NCBI GenBank assembly: GCA_030390025.1
Contig: JASTWF010000288.1
Span: 248,001-312,000, forward strand
DNA from: Squalus acanthias
Taxonomy: Eukaryota
Direction of reading: 5' to 3'
DNA length: 64,000 bases
The notes beneath the pieces are model-generated. The model ran no database searches. It was not told the DNA's origin and was given only the letters and a program-made list of their open reading frames with translations. Within the stretch, counting starts at the first letter, position 1, and the number at the start of each line of letters is the position of its first letter. The position numbers and the translations under genes were made by a program. This document shows positions 23,657-35,319 of this stretch, in pieces.

Positions 23657-25505
23657 GTAAAGCTCCCTCTACACTGTCCCATCAAACACTCCCAGGGCAG
23701 GAACAGCACGAGTTAGATACAGAGTAAAGCTCCCTCTACACTGTCCCATCAAACACTCCCAGGGCAGGTACAGCACGGGGTTAGATACAGAGTAAAGCTC
23801 CCTCTACACTGTCCCATCAAACACTCCCAGGGCAGGTACAGCACGGGGTTAGATACAGAGCAAAGCTCCCTCTACAGTGTCCCATCACACAATCCCAGCG
23901 CAGGTACAGCACGGGTTAGATACAGAGTAAAGCTCCCTCTACACTGTCCCATCAAACACTCCCAGGGCAGGAACAGCACGAGTTAGATACAGAGTAAAGC
24001 TCCCTCTACACTGTCCCATCAAACACTCCCAGGGCAGGTACAGCACGGGGTTAGATACAGAGCAAAGCTCCCTCTACAGTGTCCCATCACACAATCCCAG
24101 CGCAGGTACAGCACGGGTTAGATACAGAATAAAGCTCCCTCTACACTGTCCCATCATACACTCCCAGGGCAGGTACAGCACGTGCTAGATACAGAGTAAA
24201 GCTACCCCTATGCAGGACCATCAAAAAACTCCCAGGGCAGGTTCAGCACAGGTTAGATACAGAATAAAGCGACCTCTACACTGTCCCATCAAAAAAAGTA
24301 AAAATTTTCCCAGTAAAAAAGTAAAAATTTTAAAGCTTTTCGTTTTACATACAGACGGCAGCTTTTGACACGTTAGAACCCCTGCGACGACACCTCATTG
24401 TCTCAGTTGTATCTTGCTATGTCTTTGATGTGGTACCTTCCTGGCTGACTTAATTAACTTTATCACACCTCGGCAGATAGTCAGGATGATTTAATTTAGT
24501 GGTCTGCAATTGTAAGGTACACATGCTTTGTTTTCTATCTATATATGCTTTGGCGATTCTGTATCTAATTTACTTCACCTGAGGAAGGAGCAATCGATAG
24601 CTCCGAAAGCTTGTGATTTCAAATAAAACTGTTGGACTATAACCTGGTGTTGTGCGACCTCTCAATTTTGTCCATCAAACACTCCCAGGGCAGATAGAGC
24701 ATGGGTTAGATACAGAGTAAATTTTACTTTACACTGTCCCCTTCAAACGTTTCTAGCACAGGTACAGAACAGTTTAGATGCAGAGTAAATCTCCCTCTAC
24801 ACTGTCCCATGAAACACTCCCAGGGCAGGTACAGCACGTGTTAGATACAGAGTAAAGCTCCCTCTACACTGTCCCAACAAACACTCCCAGGGCAGGTACA
24901 GCACGGATTTGATACAGAATAAAGCTCCCTCTACACTGTCCCATCAAACACTCCCAGGGCAGGTAGAGCACAGGTTAGATACAGAGTAAAGCTCCCTCTA
25001 CACTGTCCCATCAAACATTCCCAGGGCAGGTACAGCATGGGTTAAATACAGAGTAAAGCTCCCTCTGCACTGTCCCAACAAACACTCCCAGGGCAGGTAG
25101 AGCACAGGTTAGATACAGAGTAAAGCTCCCTCTACACTGTCCCAACAAACACTCCCAGGGCAGGTACAGCACGGATTTGATACAGAGTAAAGCTCCCTCT
25201 ACACTGTCCCATCAAACACTCCCAGGGCAGGTAGAGCACAGGTTAGATACAGAGTAAAGCTCCCTCTACACTGTCCCAACAAACACTCCCAGGGCAGGTA
25301 CAGCACGGATTTGATAGAGTAAAGCTTTCTTTACACTGTCCACATTAAACACCCCCAGGGCTGATAAAGCACAGGTTAGATACAGAGTAACTCTCCCTCT
25401 ACACTGTACCATCAAACATTCCCAGGGCAGGTACAGCATGGGTTAAATACAGAGTAAAGCTCCCTCTACACTGTCCCATCAAACACTCCCAGGGCAGGTA
25501 CAGAG
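23657..25505. repeat. 65-bp satellite array in MHC intron 1
   Basis: (gtaaagctccctctacactgtcccatcaaacactcccagggcaggtacagcacgggttagatacaga)n, interrupted at ~24292-24672. Confidence 0.96.
24292..24673 (+). mobile_element. Penelope-like terminal repeat fragment inserted in the 65-bp satellite
   Basis: Ends in cctgaggaaggagc...gctccgaaagcttgtgatttcaaataaaactgttggactataacctggtgttgtgcgacctctc, the same terminus as the 21995 element. Confidence 0.65.
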
Positions 25506-25679
25506 CATGCACCAATTTTTTCAGAGAATACACTGGAGGTCTTGGTGGAAGAGGTCGACTGTAACAGCAGGGGGTGGGGAGGGTTTAGGCCTATTGGGGC
25601 ATGCAGGAAGCCCTCCAGGCACATGCTTTAGAGGCAGTGAGAAGAAGTTGCGGTGAAGCTCAGTACCAGGAGTGTTTCC

Positions 25680-27140
25680 CCAAGTATCTGTACCTGTCCA
25701 ACTCCCTATTTAACATATTGATGGAATCAGGTTCCACCACCGTTTCAGGTTGAGTGTTTCAGATCCCGACAACTCTCCGAGTGAAAAACCATCTCCTCAT
25801 CTCGCCTCTAGATCTTTTGCCCATGATTATAAATCTATGACCTCTCGTTATTGACCCACTCGCTAGAGGGAACAGTTTTTCTCTATCTGCTCTATCAAAA
25901 GCCCTCATCATCTTGAGAACCTCTATTAGGTCGCCTCTTCCGAGGAGAACAGTCCAACAGTCAATGGAACTGAATATCAGGCGCTGCGTAAAACGGGTGG
26001 CCAATCCCATAGCGCTAGTTTTGCGCTACGACCTGAGATGAATTTCTAGGCCTATTACTATCCTCATCATGATCTGCTACTTTGACAAGTTTCGTATCAT
26101 CTGCAAACTGTATAACATTGCTCCCTACACCTGAGTCTAGCTCGTTTATAAAATTGAAGAGTAAAGGACCCAAAACTGACCCTGGGGGAACACCACTGCA
26201 AACCACCTCCGTGTCTGAAAAATATCCATCTACCATTACCCTGTGCTTCCGGTCACTGAGCCAAGTCCGTATCTATCCCGCCGCTTTCCCCTCAATTCCT
26301 TGGGCTTCCAACTTCTTAATAAGCCTCCTGTGTGGCACTTTGTCGAATGGCTTCTGAAAGTTCATCTGTACAACATCAACTGCATTACCTTGATCTGTCA
26401 CTACCTTCTCTGTTACCTCATCAACGAATTCAACCAAGCTTGATTGGCCCCCCATCCACCACCTTAAACATTCACTCCCTCCACCATCGGCGTACCGTGG
26501 CTGCAGTGTGTACCATCTACAAGATGCACTGCAGCAACTCGCCAAGGCTTCTTCAGCAGCACCTCCCAAACCCGCGACCTCTTCCACCTAGAAGGACAAG
26601 GGCAGCAGGCGCACGGGACCACCACCACCTCCAAGTTCCCCTCCGAGTCATACACCATCCTGACTTAGAAGTATCTCGCCGATCCTTCATCGTCGCTGGG
26701 TCCAAATCCTAGAACTCCCTCCCGAACAGCACTGTGGGAGTACCTTCACCACACGGACTGCAGCGGTTCAATAAGGCGGCTCACCACCACCTTCTCAAGG
26801 GCAACTAGGGTTGGGCAATAAATGCTGGCTTTTCCAGCGACGCCCACATCCCATAAACGAAGAAAAAATGTTAGTCAGACACAATTTACCTTTATCAAAT
26901 CCATGCTGACTCTCCTTGATTAACCCATGCCTTTCCAAATGAAAGTTTATTTTGTCCCTGATATTGGTTCCCAATATCTTCCCCACCATCGATGTTAGGC
27001 TGACTGACCTGTAGTTTCCTGGTTTATCCCTTTGCCCTTTCTTGAATAGTGTTATAACATTAGCAACCCTCCAGTCCTCCGGCCCCACTCCTGTATGCAA
27101 TGAGGATTGAGAGATTGTGACCAATGCATCTGCAATTGAA
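25680..27140 (-). mobile_element. Fragmented CR1 with a nested opposite-strand LINE 3' end (~26437-26865, +)
   Basis: Minus strand: GVPPGSVLGPLLF...FADDTKL, FDKVPHRRL, NYRSVSLTSMVGK. Plus strand: STTLNIHSLHHRRTVAAVCTIYKMHC. Confidence 0.8.
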
Positions 27141-27373
27141 ATCGCACATTATCACATCTCAGAAACATCCCACAGAAAGACCTTGTATTAATGTCACACT
27201 TTATCACATTTCTCAGTGAGTGTGGGAGCCGACACTTCTGGGTAGGGACACCAGATTGATGTCCAACACTCTGTTTCCCATATACTGCATGATCGAGCGC
27301 TCCTCGGGAGAAGGGGAGGGAACTGCTATGGGGGATGACAGATCAGTCTAACACCTTATTTTCATCCTTCCAG

Positions 27374-27634
27374 GTGGTCACTCCCTAAGTGTCCTACATA
27401 CAGAAATGGCGCAGTGCGCTGATTTCCCTGAGTTTCATGCGGTGGTGATGTTGGACGATACTGTGATCATGAACTATAACAGTGATACCAGCACTGTCCA
27501 TATTAAGCATGAATGGATCGCAAAACACTTAACTCCTGATCAGAAGGAGATTGACGATCTGTCCGCACGAGAGGCCCACAATATAATGAAAACAGGACTG
27601 AACAATACCATGAGACTGACCAAGAACACAGTCG
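27374..27634 (+). CDS. MHC class I-like heavy chain, exon 2 (alpha1 domain)
   Basis: cttccag|GT...G|gtgagt, 261 nt. GGHSLSVLHT...FPEFHAVVMLDDTVIMNYNSD...HEWI fits the alpha1 pattern HSLxxxxT/PEFxxVxxxDD/YxSD/W. Confidence 0.92.
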
Positions 27635-27859
27635 GTGAGTATTGATCAAGCGTATAAACTCAGTTTCCCAATTCCCCCGTGTGTGGTACTGAGCCCCACA
27701 CAGAGCAGGAAGAGCCCAGGTTTCATCCGGGTCTGTGCACAGTGAGCTGATCTATGACTGGATGGCAGTGTGTGTCCGGCACTGAGCTTCATTGTCGCTG
27801 TGCTGGGGAGGGCCAGAGTGAGCGAGGGTCCCTGTTCTAATCCCAATTATAGAAGAGCT

Positions 27860-28230
27860 TAGTTTGGAGGATCCCAGGGATGAGAGTCTTCAGTTCCGAT
27901 AGACCAGAGGAACTGGGGTTGTTATAAAAGAAACGGGAGAAGGTTTAGAGGAGATCTTCTGGAGGTTTCAATACTGGCAAGGGTTTCAATAAACTATTCC
28001 CACTGGTCAGAGAGTTGCTCACTAAAAGGCATCAATTTAAGGTCAACACCAGAAGAATGAGGGCGAGGTTAGGAGGAATATCTTCAAACAGAGGCTTGTT
28101 AGACAGGGAGTGACTGACCAGAAACGGTGAGGAAAACCCATTCAAGAACAGCTTCGACAGAGCAGTGAAACATTTAAATTGGAATGACAAAAGTGCCAGA
28201 GAGGAAGACTGAGGGGAGAGCTCGTTCTGA
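27860..28230 (+). mobile_element. Highly degraded CR1 3' fragment
   Basis: aggatcccagggatgagagtcttcagt...gggagaaggtttagaggagatc...ctattcccactggtcagag follows the CR1 3' layout. Confidence 0.6.
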
Positions 28231-28276
28231 CAGAGAGCACAGCGGTCGATGGGGAATGGGACTGAGGGAGAGCTCG

Positions 28277-28307
<31 letters not shown>

Positions 28308-28348
28308 CACAGGGAGCGACGGGGGAATGGGACTGAGGGAGAGCTCGA

Positions 28349-28381
<33 letters not shown>

Positions 28382-28424
28382 GATCACAGGGAGCGATGGG
28401 GGCATGGGACTGAGGGAGAGCTCG

Positions 28425-28460
<36 letters not shown>

Positions 28461-28567
28461 ACAGGGAGCGATGGGGGCATGGGACTGAGGGAGAGCTCGA
28501 TCAGAGAGAGAGAGAGAGAGAGAGCGCACAGGGGGCGATGGGGGAATGGGACTGAGGGGGGAGCTCG

Positions 28568-28609
<42 letters not shown>

Positions 28610-28648
28610 ACAGGGGGCGATGGGGGCATGGGACTGAGGGAGAGCTCG

Positions 28649-28686
<38 letters not shown>

Positions 28687-28795
28687 ACAGGGAGCGATGG
28701 GGGCATGGGACTGAGGGAGAGCTCGATCAGAGAGAGAGAGAGAGAGAGAGAGCACAGGGAGCGACGGGGGAATGGGACTGAGGGAGAGCTCGATC

Positions 28796-28827
<32 letters not shown>

Positions 28828-28868
28828 TCACAGGGAGCGATGGGGGCATGGGACTGAGGGAGAGCTCG

Positions 28869-28910
<42 letters not shown>

Positions 28911-29592
28911 ACAGGGGGCGATGGGGGAATGGGACTGAGGGGGAGCTCGATCAGAGAGAGAGAGAGAGGGAGCACAGGGGGCGATGGGGGAATGGGACTG
29001 AGGGAGAGCTCGATCAGAGAGAGAGAGAGAGAGAGAGGGAGAGCTCGATCAGAGAGAGAGAGAGCACAGGGGGCGATGGGGGAATGGGACTGAGGGAGAG
29101 CTCGATCAGAGAGAGAGCGAGCACAGGGGCGATGGGGGAATGGGACTGAGGGAGAGCTCGATCAGAGAGAGAGAGAGAGCACAGGGAGCGATGGGGGAAT
29201 GGGACTGAGGGAGAGCTCGATCAGAGAGAGAGAGAGCACAGGGGGCGATGGGGGAATGGGACTGAGGGAGAGCTCGATCAGAGAGAGAGAGAGAGCACAG
29301 GGAGCGATGGGGGAATGGGACTGAGGGAGAGCTCGATCAGAGAGAGAGAGAGCACAGGGGGCGATGGGGGAATGGGACTGAGGGAGAGCGCGATCAGAGA
29401 GAGAGAGAGAGAGAGCACAGGGGGCGATGGGGGAATGGGACTGAGGGAGAGCTCGATCAGAGAGAGAGAGAGAGAGAGAGAGTACAGGGGGCGATGGGGA
29501 ATGGGACTGAGGGAGAGCTCGATCAGAGAGAGAGAGAGCACGGGGGGCGATGGGGAATGGGACTGAGGAGAGAGCTCGATCAGAGAGAGCAC
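28230..29592. repeat. Compound minisatellite: ~45-bp unit plus variable (GA)n
   Basis: (gcacagggggcgatgggggaatgggactgagggagagctcgatca(ga)n)n. Confidence 0.95.
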
Positions 29593-29599
29593 CGGGTCT

Positions 29600-32500
29600 G
29601 AGCACTATTTCCCAGCTCCCTGTGCAGTGTCTCTGCACTGGTTCCTACCCCGGTGCACTGTATCTGCACTGGTTCCCGACCCCTGAGCACTTTTGCAGCA
29701 GTTTTTCCCAGCCCCTTTCACTCGGTCTCTTCACTGTTCCCCTATACATGTGCACGGTCTCTGTACTGGTTCCCAGCCTCCTGCGCACTGTCTCTGAACT
29801 AGTTCACTTCCCCAATGCACTGTCTCTGAACTGGTACCTTAACCCTGCGCACGCTCTCTGCACTGGTTCCCAGCCCCCTGTGCACACTGTCTCTGCACTG
29901 GTTCCCAGCCCCCTGTGCACACTGTCTCTGCACTGGTTCACAGCCCCCTGTGCACACTGTCTCTGCAGTGTTTCACAGCCCCCTGTGCACACTGTCTCTG
30001 CACTGGTTCACATCCCCCTGTGCACACTGTCTCTGCACTGGTTCACAGCCCCCTGTGCTCTGTCTCTGCACTAGTTCACAGCCCCCTGTACACACTGTCT
30101 CTGCACTGGTTCACAGCCCCCTGTGCACACTGTCTCTGAACTGGTTCCCAGCCCCCTGTGCACACTGTCTCTGCACTGGTTCCCAGCCCCCTGTGCACAC
30201 TGTCTCTGCACTGTTTCACAGCCCCCTGTGCAGACTGTCTCTGCACTGGTTCCCGGCGCACTGTGCACACTGTCTCTGCACTGGTTCCCGGCCCCCTGTG
30301 CACACTGTCTCTGCACTGGTTCCCGGCCCCCTGTGCACTGTCTCTGCACTGTTCGCCAGCCCCCTGTGCTCTGTCTCTGCACTGGTTCACAGCCCGCTGT
30401 GCACACTGTCTCTGCACTGGTTCCCGGCCCCCTGTGCACACTGTCTCTGCACTGGTTCCCGGCCCCCTGTGCACTGACTCTGCACTGGTTCACAGCCCCC
30501 TGTGCACACTGTCTCTGCACTGGTTCACAGCCTCCTGTGCACACCGTCTCTGCACTGTTTCACAGACCCCTGTGCACACTGTCTCTGCACTGGTTCCCAG
30601 CCCACTGTGCACACTGTCTCTGCACTGGTTCCCGGCCCCCTATGCACACTGTCTCTGCACTGGTTCACAGCCCCCTGTGCACACTGTCTCTGCACTGTTT
30701 CACAGGCCCCTGTGCACACTGTCTCTGCACTGGTTCCCAGCCCCCTGTGCTCTGTCTCTGCACTGGTTCCCAGCCCCCTGTGCACACCGTCTCTGCACTG
30801 GTTCACAGCCCCCTGTGCTCTGTCTCTGCACTGGTTCCCAGCCCCCTGTGCACACTGTCTCTGCACTGTTCGCCAGCCCCCTGTGCTCTGTCTCTGCACT
30901 GGTTCACAGCCCCCTGTGCACACTGTCTCTGCACTGGTTCACAGCCTCCTGTGCACACTGTCTCTGCACTGTTTCACAGACCCCTGTGCACACTGTCTCT
31001 GCACTGGTTCCCAGCCCACTGTGCACACTGTCTCTGCACTGGTTCCCGGCCCCCTATGCACACTGTCTCTGCACTGGTTCACGGCCCCCTGTGCACACTG
31101 TCTCTGCACTGGTTCACAGCCCCCTGTGCACACTGTCTCTGCAGTGTTTCACAGCCCCCTGTGCACACTGTCTCTGCACTGTTTCACAGGCCCCTGTGCA
31201 CACTGTCTCTGCACTGGTTCCCAGCCCCCTGTGCTCTGTCTCTGCACTGGTTCACAGCCCCTTGTGCACACTGTCTCTGCACTGGTTCACAGCCTCCTGT
31301 GCACACTGTCTCTGCACTGTTTCACAGACTCCTGTGCACACTGTCTCTGCACTGGTTCCCAGCCCACTGTGCACACTGTCTCTGCACTGGTTCCCGGCCC
31401 CCTATGCACACTGTCTCTGCACTGGTTCACAGCCCCCTGTGCACACTGTCTCTGCACTGGTTATCAGGCGCCTGTGCTCTGTCTCTGCACTGTTTCCAGC
31501 CCCCTGTGCACACTGTCTCTGCACTGGTTCCCAGCCCCCTGTGCACACTGTGTCTGCACTAGTTCACAGCCCCCTGTGCACACTGTCTCTGCAGTGTTTC
31601 ACAGCCCCCTGTGCACACTGTCTCTGCACTGGTTCCCGGCCCCCTGTGCACACTGTCTCTGCAGTGTTTCACAGCCCCCTGTGCACACTGTCTCTGCACT
31701 GGTTCCCAGCCCCCTGTGCACACTGTCTCTGCACTGGTTCCCAGCCCCCTGTGCACACTGTCTTGGCACTGGTTCCCAGCCCCCTGTGCACACTGTCTCT
31801 GCACTGGTTCACAGCCCCCTGTGCACACTGTCTTTGCACTGGTTCCCAGCCCCCTGTGCACACTGTCTCTGCACTGGTTCACAGCCCCCTGTGCACACTG
31901 TCTCTGCACTGTTTCCAGACCCCCCTGTGCACACTGTCTCTGCACTGGTTCCCAGTCCCCTGTGCACACTGTCTCTGCACTGTTTCCCAGCCCCCTGTGC
32001 ACACTGTCTCTGCACTGGTTCCCGGCCCCCTGTGCACACTGTCTCTGCAGTGTTTCACAGCCCTCTGTGCACACTGTCTCTGCACTGTTTCCAGACCCCC
32101 CTGTGCACACTGTCTCTACACTGGTTCCCAGTCCCCTGTGCACACTGTCTCTGCACTGTTTCCCGGCCCCCTGTGCACACTGTCTCTGCACTGGTTCCCA
32201 GCCCCCTGTGCTCTGTCTCTGCACTGGTTCCCAGCCCCCTGTGCACACTGTCTCTGCACTGGTTCCCGGCCCCCTGTGCACTGACTCTGCACTGGTTCAC
32301 AGCCCCCTGTGCACACCGTCTCTGCACTGGTTCACAGCCCCCTGTGCTCTGTCTCTGCACTGGTTCCCAGCCCCCTGTGCACACTGTCTCTGCACTGTTC
32401 GCCAGCCCCCTGTGCTCTGTCTCTGCACTGGTTCACAGCCCCCTGTGCACACTGTCTCTGCACTGGTTCACAGCCTCCTGTGCACACTGTCTCTGCACTG

Positions 32501-34208
32501 TTTCACAGACCCCTGTGCACACTGTCTCTGCACTGTTTCACAGGCCCCTGTGCACACTGTCTCTGCACTGGTTCCCAGCCCCCTGTGCTCTGTCTCTGCA
32601 CTGGTTCCCAGCCCCCTGTGCACACCGTCTCTGCACTGGTTCACAGCCCCCTGTGCTCTGTCTCTGCACTGGTTCCCAGCCCCCTGAGCACACTGTCTCT
32701 GCACTGGTTCCCAGCCCCCTGTGCACACTGTCTCTGCACTGGTTCCCAGCCCCCTGTGCACACTGTCTCTGCACTGGTTCCCAGCCCCCTGTGCACACTG
32801 TCTCTGCACTGTTCGCCAGCCCCCTGTGCTCTGTCTCTGCACTGGTTCACAGCCCCTTGTGCACACTGTCTCTGCACTGGTTCACAGACTCCTGTGCACA
32901 CTGTCTCTGCACTGGTTCCCAGCCCACTGTGCACACTGTCTCTGCACTGGTTCCCGGCCCCCTATGCACACTGTCTCTGCACTGGTTCACAGCCCCCTGT
33001 GCACACTGTCTCTGCACTGGTTATCAGGCGCCTGTGCTCTGTCTCTGCACTGTTTCCAGCCCCCTGTGCACACTGTCTCTGCACTGGTTCCCAGCCCCCT
33101 GTGCACACTGTGTCTGCACTAGTTCACAGCCCCCTGTGCACACTGTCTCTGCACTGGTTCCCAGCCCCCAGTGCACACTGTCTCTGCACTGGTTCACAGC
33201 CCCCTGTGCACACTGTCTCTGCACTGGTTCACAGCCCCCTGTGCACACTGTCTCTGCACTGGTTCCCAGCCCCCAGTGCACACTGTCTCTGCACTGGTTC
33301 ACAGCCCCCTGTGCACACTGTCTCTGCAGTGTTTCACAGCCCCCTGTGCACACTGTCTCTGCACTGGTTCCCGGCCCCCTGTGCACACTGTCTCTGCACT
33401 GTTTCACAGCCCCCTGTGCACACTGTCTCTGCACTGGTTCCCAGCCCCCTGTGCACACTGTCTCTGCACTGGTTCCCAGCCCCCTGTGCACACTGTCTTT
33501 GCACTGGTTCCCAGCCCCCTGTGCACACTGTCTCTGCACTGGTTCACAGCCCCCTGTGCACACTGTCTTTGCACTGGTTCCCAGCCCCCTGTGCACACTG
33601 TCTCTGCACTGTTTCCAGACCCCCCTGTGCACACTGTCTCTGCACTGTTTCCCAGTCCCCTGTGCACACTGTCTCTGCACTGTTTCCCAGCCCTCTGTGC
33701 ACACTGTCTCTGCACTGGTTCCCGGCCCCCTGTGCACACTGTCTCTGCAGTGTTTCACAGCCCTCTGTGCACACTGTCTCTGCACTGTTTCCAGACCCCC
33801 CTGTGCACACTGTCTCTGCACTGGTTCCCAGTCCCCTGTGCACACTGTCTCTGCACTGTTTCCCGGCCCCCTGTGCACACTGTCTCTGCACTGGTTCCCA
33901 GCCCCCTGTGCACACTGTCTCAGCATTGGTTGACAGCCCCCTGTGCACACTGTCTCAGCATTGGTTCACAGCCCCCTGTGCACACTGTCTCTGCACTGGT
34001 TCACAGCCCCCTGTGCACACTGTCTCTGCATTGGTTCCCGGCCCCCTGTGCACACTGTCTCTGCACTGGTTCACAGCCCCCTGTGCACATTGTCTCAGCA
34101 CTGGTTCCCAGCCCCCTGTGCACACTGTTTCTGCACTGGTTCCCAGCCCCCTGTGCACACTGTCTCTGCACTGGTTCCCAGCCCCCTGTGCACACTGTCT
34201 CTGCACTG
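29600..34208. repeat. 35-bp satellite array in MHC intron 2
   Basis: (gcacactgtctctgcactggttcccagccccctgt)n with 33-bp variants and a degenerate left edge. Confidence 0.97.
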
Positions 34209-34415
34209 GAGAACACCAAGGACCCCAGGCGACAGTAGGCCTCAGGCCTCCAGCTTAATTTCCTTTGGTGGGGCACCCAAGGATCCTTCATGCCCACTAT
34301 CGTATTCTCAGGCCCAATAGTCTGAATCTGGCCTAACCGATAATCTCTACAGGTGCAACATTAATTCTTCATTGCGAGTTTGGTGATTCTTTTCCGAATG
34401 TTCATTCTCTTTCAG

Positions 34416-34690
34416 GCCCCCACCTATTTCAGTGGATGAAGAAGGTCGAGGTAAATGATGATGGCCTTGTGAATTGGGACGTACTCTTCCGGTTCGATGG
34501 CAAGGATTTCATTCGACTGGACCAGCACACCATGAACTGGGTCGTGGTGAGCCCTGAAGCAAAGAGCTTCGAGAGACAGTTTACCAAAGAGCCAGACTGG
34601 CGAAACACCTGGAGGGAAACTCTAAACACACCGTGGTCGTTGGATTGAACGATCTGCTTCAGAAAGGCAAACAGTTTGTGGAAAGAAAGA
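34416..34690 (+). CDS. MHC class I-like heavy chain, exon 3 (alpha2 domain), frameshifted near 34625-34632
   Basis: ctctttcag|GC CCC CAC...AAG A|gtacgt. PHLFQWM..VEV.DDG...FDGKDFIRLDQHTMNWV; after restoring 1 nt it reads TVVVGLNDLLQKGKQFVERK. Length is 275 nt, one short of 276. Confidence 0.88.
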
Positions 34691-34699
34691 GTACGTTTG

Positions 34700-35305
34700 G
34701 TTATAGGAACAAGAGGAGGCCATTCAGCCCATCGAGCTAGCTCCACCATTCAATTATATCACGGCTGATCTGTATCTTAACTCTATCTACCCAACTTGGT
34801 TCCGTAACCCTCGGTACCCTTGACTAACTAAAATCTATCAATTTCAGTTTTGACATTTTCAATTGACCCCCCCAGCCTCAACAGCTTTTTGGGAGAGTTC
34901 CAGATTTCCACTACCCTTTGTGTGAAGAAGTGCTTCCTGACATCACACCTGAACGGCCTGGCTCTAATTTTAAGGTTCTGTCCCCTTGCTGTGGACTCCC
35001 CCCACCAGAGGAAATAGTTTCTCTCTATCTACCCTATCAACTCCTTCAATCATCTTACACACCTCAATTAAATCACCCTTTAATCTTCTATATTCAAGGG
35101 AATAGAAGCCTTGTCTCTGCAACCTGCTCTCATAATTGAGCCCTTTCAGTGTCATTCTGGTGAATGTGCTGCACCCACTCCAAGGCCAATATATCCTTCC
35201 TGAGATGCGGGGCCCAGAACTGAATGCAGTTCTCCAGGTGGGGTCTAACCAGAGCTCTGTTCACCTCCAACATCTCTTCCACCCTCCAGCCCTCTTGAGA
35301 TAATT
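34700..35305 (-). mobile_element. CR1 3' fragment
   Basis: YSLEYRRLKGDLIEVCKMIEGVDRVDREKLFP. Confidence 0.85.
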
Positions 35306-35319
35306 CTGTTCGATCGGAT

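Noticed and set aside
28230-29592. Repeat plus variable spacer pattern resembling an array system
   Set aside because: The spacers are only (GA)n length variants.
29915-34320. Very long Cys/His-rich ORFs (up to 1143 aa)
   Set aside because: Translation of a stop-poor 35-bp satellite, open in multiple frames on both strands.
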